Made by a program: the position numbers and the translations under genes
In this document: positions 1 through 8,861 of the stretch, piece after piece
Numbering within the stretch: position 1 is the first letter of the stretch
How the letters are laid out: the number at the start of each line of letters is the position of its first letter
Assembly: GCA_963808625.1 (NCBI GenBank)
Contig: CAWEHK010000019.1
Location: 32,001 to 96,000, forward strand
Reading direction: 5' to 3'
DNA: 64,000 nt
From: an uncultured delta proteobacterium
GTDB taxonomy: Bacteria > Desulfobacterota > Syntrophobacteria > Syntrophobacterales > Syntrophobacteraceae
Notes under the pieces: generated by a model
Told to the model about the DNA's origin: nothing
The model's database searches: none
The model's input: only the letters and a program-made list of their open reading frames with translations

Positions 1-402
1 CACACGCTCATCGGAGATCCGCGTCAGTTCCGCCGCGCGGCGGATGTTGCTGGCCAACTGGGGCCGGCCGCAGGCATCAGCGATTTGGGCCTGATACTCG
101 AGGGTCTCCGGGCGGATCTTCATGTCTTCGAAATTGATCTTACGGCTCGTAACCTTCTCCAGGGTTATGTCTTCAAGACTCAAACCGGTCGCCGTCTGCA
201 CCAGGTCCGGTCGTTTCTGTGCCAACGGATAATCCTTTTTGGGATCAAGGCCGTTGCCTGCCGGGGCTCGTGGCTCTTTGGAACTCTCACTCAACGCGAC
301 CACGACGCGCTTCACCGCTTCCTTGACAAGCTCGGGCGAAATGTTAACCCCTTTGGTCTGGGCCATGCGCTCTATCAGTCTTGATAATTGTTCATCGCTC
401 AT
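1..402 (-). CDS. pduE: B12-dependent diol/glycerol dehydratase small subunit (3' end runs off the window)
   Basis: Not in the ORF track. Hand translation from ATG at 402 (GGAGG upstream): MSDEQLSRLIERMAQ...DYPLAQKRPDLVQTATGLSLEDITLEKV...IRPETLEYQAQIA...GRPQLASNIRRAAELTRISDERV, which matches PduE/DhaE motifs; follows pduD. Confidence 0.93.
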   Translation of the reverse strand, partial: MSDEQLSRLIERMAQTKGVNISPELVKEAVKRVVVALSESSKEPRAPAGNGLDPKKDYPLAQKRPDLVQTATGLSLEDITLEKVTSRKINFEDMKIRPETLEYQAQIADACGRPQLASNIRRAAELTRISDERV

Positions 403-465
403 CGTCGACTATTCCTCCAGCAAATGGTCTGCCCATTCCTGAGCAAAGTGAAATCAGAGCCCATC

Positions 466-1110
466 TTAGAGTTGAACTCCGACTTCCTGGGTTGGCTTGT
501 CCGGATTGACGTACTGGGTTTCCTTGTTGTGGAGCAAGGCCGCCAGACCCTGGTAACGGGGCCGCGCCATGGGGTCGTTGCGCACCGGCACCGGGCGGGG
601 GCTTTCCCCTTTGGCATATTTTGCGGCATTGCGCCCCATGGCGCGAAAGGTTTCCAGATCCAGCAGCGGAGACTGTGAGAATAATTCCAAATTCTGGAGG
701 GGTTTGAGGTCTTTCTGATGAATGACCGAAGTGCCTCGCGAGAGGATGCCGATCCCGATTCCCGAGCCACTGAGCTTGGCGGCCTCGTGAGAGATGAAAG
801 CGACGTCCGCCGTGCGATAGACCTTGACCATACGCGCCTTAAGCCCTTGTTCTTCGATCCCGGCGACAATCTCCCGCAACACCTGCTGGTGGGGAATGCC
901 GATAATGGTCTTATTCATCACGGTGCCAAAAGCGGGCGGCACCGCAATAACGACCTCATTCCGGTCGACGCCGGTCCGGGCGACTCCCATTTCTTTGAAC
1001 ACCAGCGGGGTTCCGTCTCCCTTGAACGAGGTGGCAGGCCGTTCCCCTGCCTCCATTTCCCGCAATACTTCAAGGATAATCTCCTTGACCATATCTTCCG
1101 TAATATTCAT
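466..1110 (-). CDS. pduD: Diol/glycerol dehydratase medium subunit with N-terminal encapsulation peptide
   Basis: EVVIAVPPAFG, GIEEQGLKAR, LSGSGIGIGILSRGTSVIHQKDL, NLELFSQSPLL, GRNAAKYAKGESP motifs; N-terminal amphipathic helix TEDMVKEIILEVLREM. Confidence 0.95.
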   Translation of the reverse strand: MNITEDMVKEIILEVLREMEAGERPATSFKGDGTPLVFKEMGVARTGVDRNEVVIAVPPAFGTVMNKTIIGIPHQQVLREIVAGIEEQGLKARMVKVYRTADVAFISHEAAKLSGSGIGIGILSRGTSVIHQKDLKPLQNLELFSQSPLLDLETFRAMGRNAAKYAKGESPRPVPVRNDPMARPRYQGLAALLHNKETQYVNPDKPTQEVGVQL

Positions 1111-1135
1111 TGGTCTCTGCCTCCCTGACTCAGAC

Positions 1136-2824
1136 CTAAACGTCCTCGGGGCTGATGGCTTGCGGGATGTCCTTCAAGGTCTCCCACCGCTCACCTTCGA
1201 GACGATATCCGGTGCCGGGTCCCTGGTAATCGTTGAGGTCGTTAACCGCGCTCAAGACATCGAAATTGGCTTCCAGAATGGCTGAGGTATGGAGATAATC
1301 GCCGGAAATCTTTTGCTTGAGGATGCCCAGCACGGCTTCAGCCACATCACGGAATCCGTGCTTGACCAGCGCCCGGACCACATCGACTCCGTTGCCTCCG
1401 CGCTTCATGAAGTCTTCTATGGCGCGCAGATCTTCGGGCACATTGCGATCCGGTACATCCTTGCTGCCATGGGCATAGGTGACGGCTTCAACTTCCTCAT
1501 CGGTTATCGGCGGGAGCCCCACTTCTTTGAAAACAGCCTGCAAGGCTCGAGCGCCCTTGTTCCTGATCATGATGACATCCGCTTCGGTTACCGGGTGCAG
1601 ACCGCCATCAATCTGAAGGTCGCGCTGCAGGACCAGCCAGTCATCATAATCGTCGCAGTCGTGGGTGGACCCGGCAAACATGTTGTCATAATTGGGCACC
1701 GAGCTGTAGCCCGAGACAATCAGGTCCGTTCCCGGGAGAAATTGCATGAGCATCCGCGCCGTATTGCGAATGGGCGAATGGGTGAAGGTCTGGTCGTTGC
1801 CCGATGCCACTTCGAGGTCCATCAGGACGGTGGCGACATTTTCCGCAAGGACCGCGCGAATGCCCGAGGGAACGGCGCCAGGAACACCAATGCAACTGAT
1901 GGAACCATTTTGCACACCCTGGACTCCTGCTCCCTTGGCGATCATCACACACCGAACCTCCAGGTAAAGCATGGACTTACCTTCAGCGTAGCCCATTTGA
2001 ACCTCGGACCCGGTCCCTGAAGTGTAGCGCATCTTGAGGCCTCTCGAGGCGTAGGCTGAAGCCAGATAAGCTTTTGACCAGGGAGTGTCATCGCCATCCA
2101 CAAACACTTGTTCGGTACCGTAGACGGACACGGTTTCTGCATAGGACGTGAGTCCGCGCATGCCCATGCTGAGTTCGAGCGCTTCCTCGACGGCGCACTG
2201 GGTAATGACGCCGGGGCGTCCCGTTTGCGACCCTACCAGAATGGAAAGCGCGTTCATGGGAGCGTAGCGGCCCACCCCGACGGTGGTTTCTTCCTCACTG
2301 AAGCCGCGATACGCGGCTTCCGCGGCATCCGCCGCCAGGAGCGCGGGGTGGTCTTTCAGGTTGGTCACGTGGGCCTGATTGGAAGGGGTGCGTCGCGGTC
2401 GCAGCTTCTGCATGGCCATCATCAGCTCGACCACGTTCATCTTCTTCAGCACATCCAGGATCTTGGCCGGTGTCATGCCGACGGACAAACGCACGATGTC
2501 GGAGCGCGGCACGTTGATGTCCACAAGCATCCGCGCAAACTGAAGGGAATCCATGGCCATGGCCTTCTCGGCCACGGAAGTGTCGATGCAATGGTCGGCA
2601 ATCCATAAGTCGATCAAGTCGAACTTTTCGCGGGGTTTTCCGTCAAGTTCGACCACCTTACCGTTTTGGATCTTGATTCCAGGTGCTGGATCATTGGGGC
2701 TGTCCATGGCAACCAGGCCCACTTCAATCCACTCCTTGATAAAGCCGTCCTTGTTCACCGGACGCTGGGCCAGCACCTCGAAGCGTTTTTGTCTCTTACT
2801 CATCGGCTGTCCCTTCTCGATCAA
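1136..2824 (-). CDS. pduC: B12-dependent diol/glycerol dehydratase large subunit
   Basis: KRFEVLAQRPVNKDGF, YAETVSVYGTEQVFVDGDDTPWSK, QNGSISCIG, NDQTFTHS, GDYLHTSAI motifs; true start may be the downstream Met (MSKRQKR). Confidence 0.97.
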   Translation of the reverse strand: MIEKGQPMSKRQKRFEVLAQRPVNKDGFIKEWIEVGLVAMDSPNDPAPGIKIQNGKVVELDGKPREKFDLIDLWIADHCIDTSVAEKAMAMDSLQFARMLVDINVPRSDIVRLSVGMTPAKILDVLKKMNVVELMMAMQKLRPRRTPSNQAHVTNLKDHPALLAADAAEAAYRGFSEEETTVGVGRYAPMNALSILVGSQTGRPGVITQCAVEEALELSMGMRGLTSYAETVSVYGTEQVFVDGDDTPWSKAYLASAYASRGLKMRYTSGTGSEVQMGYAEGKSMLYLEVRCVMIAKGAGVQGVQNGSISCIGVPGAVPSGIRAVLAENVATVLMDLEVASGNDQTFTHSPIRNTARMLMQFLPGTDLIVSGYSSVPNYDNMFAGSTHDCDDYDDWLVLQRDLQIDGGLHPVTEADVIMIRNKGARALQAVFKEVGLPPITDEEVEAVTYAHGSKDVPDRNVPEDLRAIEDFMKRGGNGVDVVRALVKHGFRDVAEAVLGILKQKISGDYLHTSAILEANFDVLSAVNDLNDYQGPGTGYRLEGERWETLKDIPQAISPEDV

Positions 2825-3639
2825 ATGTATGGTTGCGTGACGGGCTTAGCTTCCTGACCCCATGCACCAAGCAGCTTGATTCCTATTTCGCGGCCGGCAA
2901 TCACCGCCTGGCGAACGGCGCCCGAATCACCGGTCACCCAGATCATGACCTCGTTGGTGAGGCTGGTTCCCTTTGCCGGCGAAGCATATCCCACCACCTG
3001 GACATCCGCCGCCTTGACCGCGGTATCAATCATCAAGACGCCGATCACGGCAGGCGCTCCAAGAATCAGGCCGAAGGCTTTTCCTTCAGGGGTTTTGAAC
3101 AGGTAGTTCAAGCAGCGGCTGGCGCGCGCGCTGTACTGGAGCTCGAGATGTCCCTGGTCATTGGCATAGACGTCGCCAAAGTATTTTGGCAGGGCTTCGA
3201 GCGTCACCTCGACTGCGCGCCGGGCGTCCGATACGTCCTCAGCACCGAAGATGATTAAATTTCCGTGGCCGGCCCCGCCCTTGGTATCCCGGGGCATTTC
3301 CACGGCAAGAATCTCCGTGTTGGTCGCCTTCACGGCCTCATCCGCCGCCATGACCTGAGGACCCGCCCCGACCCGGCCGCCGATGACCCCGATGGAACGG
3401 AATTTATCGGGGATTCCCATGATGTCGTGAATGATGGGATCGAGATTGGCGATGACAATCCCCTGCGTCTCTCCCAAACCCACCCCAACAAACTCCGTTA
3501 CCTGAACCAGGTCAGGACGGGAAGGCGCCGGCCCGGGGTTGCCTCCCTCGGATGGTTTCGCGCTCGCTTTCCCGGCGGAAGCGGGACCTACTCTTTTCAT
3601 TACCTCTTGCAGGACTCTGTTGATCAGTTCCTCTTGCAT
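2821..3639 (-). CDS. pduB: Microcompartment shell protein, BMC-T, PduB type
   Basis: TEFVG, GAGPQVMAADEAVKATNTE, PRDTKGGAGHG, GHLELQYSARAS, GDSGAVRQAV motifs; N-terminal helix EELINRVLQEVMKR. Confidence 0.95.
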   Translation of the reverse strand: MQEELINRVLQEVMKRVGPASAGKASAKPSEGGNPGPAPSRPDLVQVTEFVGVGLGETQGIVIANLDPIIHDIMGIPDKFRSIGVIGGRVGAGPQVMAADEAVKATNTEILAVEMPRDTKGGAGHGNLIIFGAEDVSDARRAVEVTLEALPKYFGDVYANDQGHLELQYSARASRCLNYLFKTPEGKAFGLILGAPAVIGVLMIDTAVKAADVQVVGYASPAKGTSLTNEVMIWVTGDSGAVRQAVIAGREIGIKLLGAWGQEAKPVTQPYI

Positions 3640-3690
3640 CGGATGGTACCTCCCGGCTTTGTGCAGTTATGGATAGGGCCCGAAATCGAG

Positions 3691-3978
3691 CTATTCGTTA
3701 ACCTGGAGTTGCGGCAAGATCTTTTCAACATCCTGGTGTGGCCTGGGGATCACATGGACCGAGATCACTTCGCCCACCTTCTGGGCGGCGGCGGCACCGG
3801 CGTCCGTGGCGGCCTTCACCGCGCCCACATCGCCCCTCACCATCGTGGTGACAAGGCCTGCGCCGATCTTGACATACCCGACCAATTGGACGTTGGCGGC
3901 CTTTACCATGGCATCCGATGCTTCGATCATGGCGACCAGCCCTTTAGTTTCGATCAATCCCAATGCTTCTTTCACCAT
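3691..3978 (-). CDS. pduA: Microcompartment shell protein, BMC-H, PduA/EutM type
   Basis: [27 protein letters not shown]...[15 protein letters not shown]...[13 protein letters not shown] precedes ATG at 3978. Confidence 0.93.
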   Translation of the reverse strand: MVKEALGLIETKGLVAMIEASDAMVKAANVQLVGYVKIGAGLVTTMVRGDVGAVKAATDAGAAAAQKVGEVISVHVIPRPHQDVEKILPQLQVNE

Positions 3979-4128
3979 TTTCAATCCTCCCAATCCGGCT
4001 GAAATAACATTCTGCGAACCGTGGCAGTCTCCTGCCGCTAATCACGATTCGTCCCGTTAAGCCTGGTCTCAGGCAACAACTTCTTTCTTCCCAAATTTGA
4101 ACAATTTTAAGGATCCGGCAGCCGATCC

Positions 4129-4200
4129 GGGTGGGCGTAAAGCCCGCCCCCACGAGAGGCTGTCCAATCCGCTCAGTAGCGGCGGGGTTTATCCCCGCCC
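4129..4200. repeat. REP-like palindrome doublet
   Basis: GGGTGGGCGTAAAGCCCGCCCCCAC and GTAGCGGCGGGGTTTATCCCCGCCC, two hairpins with GTAG/GTGG-type feet, between gldA and pduA. Confidence 0.7.
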
Positions 4201-4370
4201 GCAAGGAATTGGGGATTCTCTCATCCCCATGCAATGCAATCGCTCAATTTGGGTTCTTATCAGCAGCTCGGGCAGTCTCGCGGAAAGCATTCCAGCAACT
4301 GTGCCCTCCGCATGCAATGAGGTATTACAAGGTACGGCGCTGCCCGTGGCAGTTTGCCGCAACGCCATGC

Positions 4371-5477
4371 CTAAGCCCCGCCCTGGTAGTCTTTGGCCAA
4401 AGCGTCCGCCGTCCAGATTGCCGCCTCAACCATGTCCGCGGTTACGTCAAACCAGGTGGCATGAATGGTTTCGCCCGGGGCCGTGGTGGCTTCGGCCACC
4501 TGGCGGATTTCTTCCCGCGAGGGATTGTGGATGCCCAAATCATCCAAACAAACAGGTAATCCCACGGTCAGGCAAAAATCCAACACCTCATAGATTTCAT
4601 CGGAAGAGCGGCCTTCCATAACCAACTGGGTGAGGGTGCCGAAGGCCACTTTTTGGCCGTGAAGTTTGTGATGCGAACTCTCCAGGACGGTAAACCCATT
4701 ATGCACGGAGTGGGCGCCGGCAAGGCCTCCGCTTTCGAAGCCCAAACCGCTCAACAGAGTGTTGGCCTCCACAATAGCCTCGACGGCCGGCGTCACACAC
4801 TGCTTTTCCACTGCCAATTTGGCCTGGAGGCCGTATTCCAGCAAGGTATCGTAGCAAAGGCGGGCTAACGTTGTCGCGGAACGGGTGGGAGGAAATCCTC
4901 CGGTGAGCACGTTGGGCTTGCAGCTCTTGGCACAGGTGTCCGCCTCCCAGAAGGTGGCGAGAGCATCCCCCATACCGGAAACCAAGGTTTCCACAGGAGC
5001 GTTGGCGATGATGCGGGTGTCGACGAGCACGCAGTCCGGGTTGTGAGGCAAAACCAGGTAGCGTGCAAACACGCCGGCATCGGTGTAAACCACCGACAGA
5101 GCGGAGCAGGGAGCGTCCGTTGCGGCGATGGTCGGGACCACAATCACCGGGATTTTCATGAGGTGGGCTACCGCCTTGCCGGTGTCGATGACCTTGCCGC
5201 CCCCGGCGGCAATGATGAAATCAGCGCCCTCCTTGCGGGCGATGTCCACCAGGCGATTGATTTCATTGTCCGAGCATTCCCCGTTGAAATGTTCCTGGAA
5301 ACAGCCGAGGTCTTTCTCCTTGAGGCTGGCTTGAATCGACTCGGCACAGGCGGCCAGGGCTCGCTTGCCTCCGGTCAGCAAGGCCTTGGTGCCAAGCCTC
5401 GCTGCGTGCAAGCCGATTTCGTTGATGGCTCCCTGTCCTTGAACATAACGACTTGGTGCAATTAGGATCCGACTCAT
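4371..5477 (-). CDS. gldA: Glycerol dehydrogenase (family III metal-dependent alcohol dehydrogenase)
   Basis: APSRYVQG, FNGECS, GGGKVIDTGKA, PTIAATDAPCSALSVVY, ANTLLSGLGFESGGLAGAHSVHNG, HGQKVAFG. Confidence 0.93.
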   Translation of the reverse strand: MSRILIAPSRYVQGQGAINEIGLHAARLGTKALLTGGKRALAACAESIQASLKEKDLGCFQEHFNGECSDNEINRLVDIARKEGADFIIAAGGGKVIDTGKAVAHLMKIPVIVVPTIAATDAPCSALSVVYTDAGVFARYLVLPHNPDCVLVDTRIIANAPVETLVSGMGDALATFWEADTCAKSCKPNVLTGGFPPTRSATTLARLCYDTLLEYGLQAKLAVEKQCVTPAVEAIVEANTLLSGLGFESGGLAGAHSVHNGFTVLESSHHKLHGQKVAFGTLTQLVMEGRSSDEIYEVLDFCLTVGLPVCLDDLGIHNPSREEIRQVAEATTAPGETIHATWFDVTADMVEAAIWTADALAKDYQGGA

Positions 5478-5819
5478 AACATTCCCCCTATTGTGACTGA
5501 TCTATTGGAGTCTGGAAAATGCATGATGACGCAAGAGGTCAGCATGCTTACTAAACGCCGGCAACGAGACGCTTCGTGCAGATGATTGCCCCTGTTTGGA
5601 GCTGACTCTGAATCTGAAAGATCGATGATGTGTCGCAGGGAGTGAGCGCAGGGCAGTGACAGGAAGTGTGTCTCAACGTTGGAGATGTCAGCAGTGCTGA
5701 GCGTGAGAAGAGAAAAACACGGCAAGGAGAAAACTCCCTCCGCGAGTCTACTGAAAACGTAAAGAATTGCAAATGAAAATCCCTCGTAAGAGTGAAATTA
5801 CCTACTCTCTGGATCTCCC

Positions 5820-6638
5820 CTAAACGCGGTAATGGAGCTCGCTTTTAAGAGGCAGGCCCACCGCCAGCTTTGCCGCAGCATCCTCGATGCGCTTGCGTTC
5901 GGTGGGACTGCGGACAATGCCGCGGAGCACGATATGCTCGCCATCATAGGCGACATCGAGGGTGGTAGCCTGGAGGGACGGATTCACGCAAAGGCCTGCC
6001 TTGATCTTAGCGGCCGCAGCACGCATCTGAACCAGTTTTCTGGTTTCCTCGCTACCGAAACGATCTTTTTCCATGAGAATCGCCTTGACCCGATCGGTTG
6101 CCTCTTCGATGGTCTGGATTCCCATATCGAGAATGAGGTCATATTCTTCAAAGTTCTCCCAATGCTTGCTGTACAGGGAACGAATGAAGCACGACCGCTC
6201 CCCGTCCTTCTTTTCGAGCAGCCATTGGGCGGTTTTTCGGTCCACCGCATCCCTTTGCATCACGTTTTCGATCCGCAATTCCAGGGGTCCAACCACATGA
6301 ATCGTGAGCACGTGGGGAATGCCTTTCAAGAGGAAGTTCGCTCCCATGCCGATGATCACCACCCGGTCATCCGCCGCATAATTCAGGACCGCACTCTGCA
6401 GCAGGGCGCCAAAACCTCTGAAGGACCAGTCATACTTTTCCCAGATCGTGGGGCAATGTTCATCCAAGCCCTTGCCCCATTCTTCCCATTTTTCGCCGGC
6501 CGCGCGGATATCATTCAGAATTCGTTCGCGATCAAAGTAAGCATAGCCCAAATCGTCGGCGACTCTTCGGCCGATCTCCCGGCCGCCGCTTCCAAACTGT
6601 CTCGATACGGTCAAAATGGCCATGTTTCCCTCATGCAC
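5820..6638 (-). CDS. Cytidylate kinase-like family protein with C-terminal BON-like domain
   Basis: N-terminal ILTVSRQFGSGGREIG P-loop-like motif, VVIIGMGA, YDLILD; C-terminal IKAGL...LDVAYDGEHIVLRGIVRSPTERKRIEDAA resembles BON. Confidence 0.75.
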   Translation of the reverse strand: MHEGNMAILTVSRQFGSGGREIGRRVADDLGYAYFDRERILNDIRAAGEKWEEWGKGLDEHCPTIWEKYDWSFRGFGALLQSAVLNYAADDRVVIIGMGANFLLKGIPHVLTIHVVGPLELRIENVMQRDAVDRKTAQWLLEKKDGERSCFIRSLYSKHWENFEEYDLILDMGIQTIEEATDRVKAILMEKDRFGSEETRKLVQMRAAAAKIKAGLCVNPSLQATTLDVAYDGEHIVLRGIVRSPTERKRIEDAAAKLAVGLPLKSELHYRV

Positions 6639-7392
6639 TCTTATCCGGTTCAGGATCAGGAGGAAGCCCCACTTCGCTCGCCGGGCGTTTTGCCCTCTCG
6701 GAACTGATCATCCACTTCATCCAGAGTTTGCCAACAATGATCACGCCGACGGCTAGGACGGCTTCCACCGTGTATTGCACTATCTTTGAAGGAGCCAGGA
6801 AATCGACCACCACCGGATCCGTCATGATCATCTCGCCGCCGACTCTTCCCAAGACCGCGGCCCCCACGTAAATGATGATCGGGTATCGATCCATGAGCAG
6901 CGAAAGGAGGTTGCTCGTGAAAACCACCAGGGGAATGCTCAAGCCCAGCCCGAAGAGCAGCAGGAACAGGTTGCCGTGAGAAGCACCGGCCACCGCCAGC
7001 ATATTGTCAATGGACATGGTGATATCTGCAATCACAATGATTTTGATGGCCTGGGCGATGGTCGTGGCTTCCCGTTCGATCCCTTCCTCCGGCACGCCCT
7101 CAATGAAAAGCTTTACGGCTATCCAGAGAATCACTAAACCGCCAACCAGCTTGATGAAGTTGATCAGCAACAACTGCGAGACGAAAAACGTAGCAAAGAC
7201 TCTGAGTAAGACCGCCGCCGCCGCTCCGAAAATAATCCCTTTGGTTCGCTGCTCGGAGGGCAGCGACCTCACCGCCATGGCGATAATCACAGCATTGTCT
7301 CCGGCCAGAATCAGATCGATAATGACGATGCTAAGAAGGCTGGAAAAAAACTCCCAGTTCAGATGAATCGTCCCAAACCACCCCAGGTCCAA
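6631..7392 (-). CDS. TerC family (YjbE-type) integral membrane protein
   Basis: IVIIDLILAGDNAVIIAMA, IIVIADITMSIDNMLAVAGASHG, FGLGLSIPL; multiple TM segments; overlaps the start of the next gene. Confidence 0.9.
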   Translation of the reverse strand: MDLGWFGTIHLNWEFFSSLLSIVIIDLILAGDNAVIIAMAVRSLPSEQRTKGIIFGAAAAVLLRVFATFFVSQLLLINFIKLVGGLVILWIAVKLFIEGVPEEGIEREATTIAQAIKIIVIADITMSIDNMLAVAGASHGNLFLLLFGLGLSIPLVVFTSNLLSLLMDRYPIIIYVGAAVLGRVGGEMIMTDPVVVDFLAPSKIVQYTVEAVLAVGVIIVGKLWMKWMISSERAKRPASEVGLPPDPEPDKSA

Positions 7393-7448
7393 AGCTCCAA
7401 CTCCTTATTCTGCGGTAGCGATTGTCAATTCCTAAAAGAGCACGAGTG

Positions 7449-7560
7449 ATCGCGCGGCGGATAATCAAAACTGTTTTTGATGAGTTCCGACCCCTCAGCG
7501 GGCTCTTCGAGGTCCGTGCAGTAGATGGCGGTCACTCTGAGATTGCGCTCGTCGAAAGTG
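7449..7560 (-). pseudogene. Degenerate partial duplicate of the C-terminal half of the small membrane protein at 8294-8584
   Basis: FDERNLRVTAIYCTDLEEPAEGSELIKNSFDY vs IDERGLRATAIYYTDFEEPAEGSERIRDSLDY; the upstream TM half is absent. Confidence 0.75.
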
Positions 7561-7679
7561 CAGCGAAGATCATAGACAACCCCATGGCCCGCGTCAAATT
7601 TCCTCTTTTGGCCAGGCAGGCCGCCGCGGTGGCAATGGTTGCCGACACACCGCACTGGCATTTCCGCAGGGCTAACCTG

Positions 7680-8257
7680 TCAAGCGAAAACCTGTTCGGC
7701 GAGGTCCCGCCGCAGCCGCTGGGATTCCTTCTCAATGGCGGCGATGATGTCGGCGGCGCCCTCGGCGGCGGCCAACTTCGGTTTGATCGCCGCGTAGAAC
7801 GCTTCTTCCACCCTGTACAGTCGGTTCAGGGTCAGCAGGTAGTTGGTGCGGGTGTGATAGGCGTTGCGCACAAGGGTCTCATAGTTGTCACCCTCGACCG
7901 CCAGCAAGTCCCGGTAATGGTCGACCAGGACGTTCATCCAGGCGGCATAGGGCTTTTCGAGTTCATCCGCGAGTCCGTATTGATGGACCGTCTGGTTCAC
8001 CTCTGTCCGGTGGTCCGATTCAAGGACCGCGATCGCGAACTCCAACGCTCGCCGCCGGGTGACCATGAAGTCTTCGTCGAATTTCATCCGGCCGGTCTTG
8101 TACTTCTGCATCGGTGGATGAAGTGGAGGAACAGCAACGGCACCAGCACCATCCAGAAACTCACCCGGGGCTTCTCGAACACGGCCGCACCAACGGCATT
8201 GGCAAACGCCAGCTCCCGCGCCAGGATGAGTTCCTTCTTTTTGTCCAAGTCCTTCAT
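7680..8257 (-). CDS. Conserved hypothetical protein with one TM segment (resembles the deltaproteobacterial NF038143 family, from memory); one frameshift near 8113
   Basis: ATG at 8257 gives MKDLDKKKELILARELAFANAVGAAVFEKPRVSFWMVLVPLLFLHFIH, which joins the 7680..8111 ORF (MQKYKTGRMKF...) if one base is restored. Confidence 0.7.
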
Positions 8258-8293
8258 GGTCGACCTAGGGTGGATCGCGGAATGGGGCGGCGG

Positions 8294-8584
8294 TCACTTC
8301 CCGCTGCCCGGCATGTAGTCGAGGCTGTCGCGGATGCGTTCCGATCCCTCGGCCGGTTCCTCGAAGTCCGTGTAGTAAATGGCGGTGGCCCTCAGGCCGC
8401 GTTCGTCGATCACCTGCGCCATGTGCCTGGCACCGGGCACATGGCGGGCCAGCGACCCGACCCCGAAGATCAGCGCCCAGATCATCACGAACCCGATGAT
8501 CAGCTTCAGCCAGGGGCCAAAACCTGTCTGCGGGGTTGAGGCCCCGCAGACAGTGCTGTCAGCGAAGGTGCAATTTGTGGTCAT
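8294..8584 (-). CDS. Small hypothetical membrane protein
   Basis: MTTNCTF...WLKLIIGFVMIWALIFGVG (TM)...IDERGLRATAIYYTDFEE; co-oriented downstream of the YeiH-family gene; a second degenerate copy supports coding status. Confidence 0.7.
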   Translation of the reverse strand: MTTNCTFADSTVCGASTPQTGFGPWLKLIIGFVMIWALIFGVGSLARHVPGARHMAQVIDERGLRATAIYYTDFEEPAEGSERIRDSLDYMPGSGK

Positions 8585-8760
8585 GCCCTTGGGAACCGTC
8601 CAAAAACGAATGGCACTCATTTCAGCCCTTTTGCGAACCACGAAAAACACAAAGAGTACGAAGAAATCACTTCATGTTCTTCATGGTAAAAGAAGGCCAT
8701 CTATTTTTTTGGGCCGCCCCCTTATTACTATAACGAGGTTTCCGCAGGGGGCATTAATCT

Positions 8761-8826
8761 GTGGGGCAGGCTTTCCAGCCTGCCTTCTGCCCAGTCCGGC
8801 ATGGCAGGCTGAAAAGCCTGCCCCAC
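8761..8826. repeat. REPIN-like inverted palindrome pair
   Basis: GTGGGGCAGGCTTTCCAGCCTGCC-spacer-GGCAGGCTGAAAAGCCTGCCCCAC; near-identical arms at 38789-38847. Confidence 0.85.
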
Positions 8827-8861
8827 GCGGCTTGGACCTTCTTCAAAGTATCCTTGCAGCA

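Noticed and set aside
4000..5820. Cobalamin riboswitch, ANTAR hairpins or sigma-54 promoter upstream of pduA or gldA
   Set aside because: Only fragmentary matches (GCAACTGT on the wrong strand; GG-N9-GC spacing instead of N10); no complete motif could be assembled by eye.
8294..8584. Small Cys-containing protein as precursor peptide for the radical SAM enzyme
   Set aside because: It has a TM helix, lies downstream of the YeiH gene in a separate cluster, and has no leader/core pattern; nothing in the sequence links it to the radical SAM gene.
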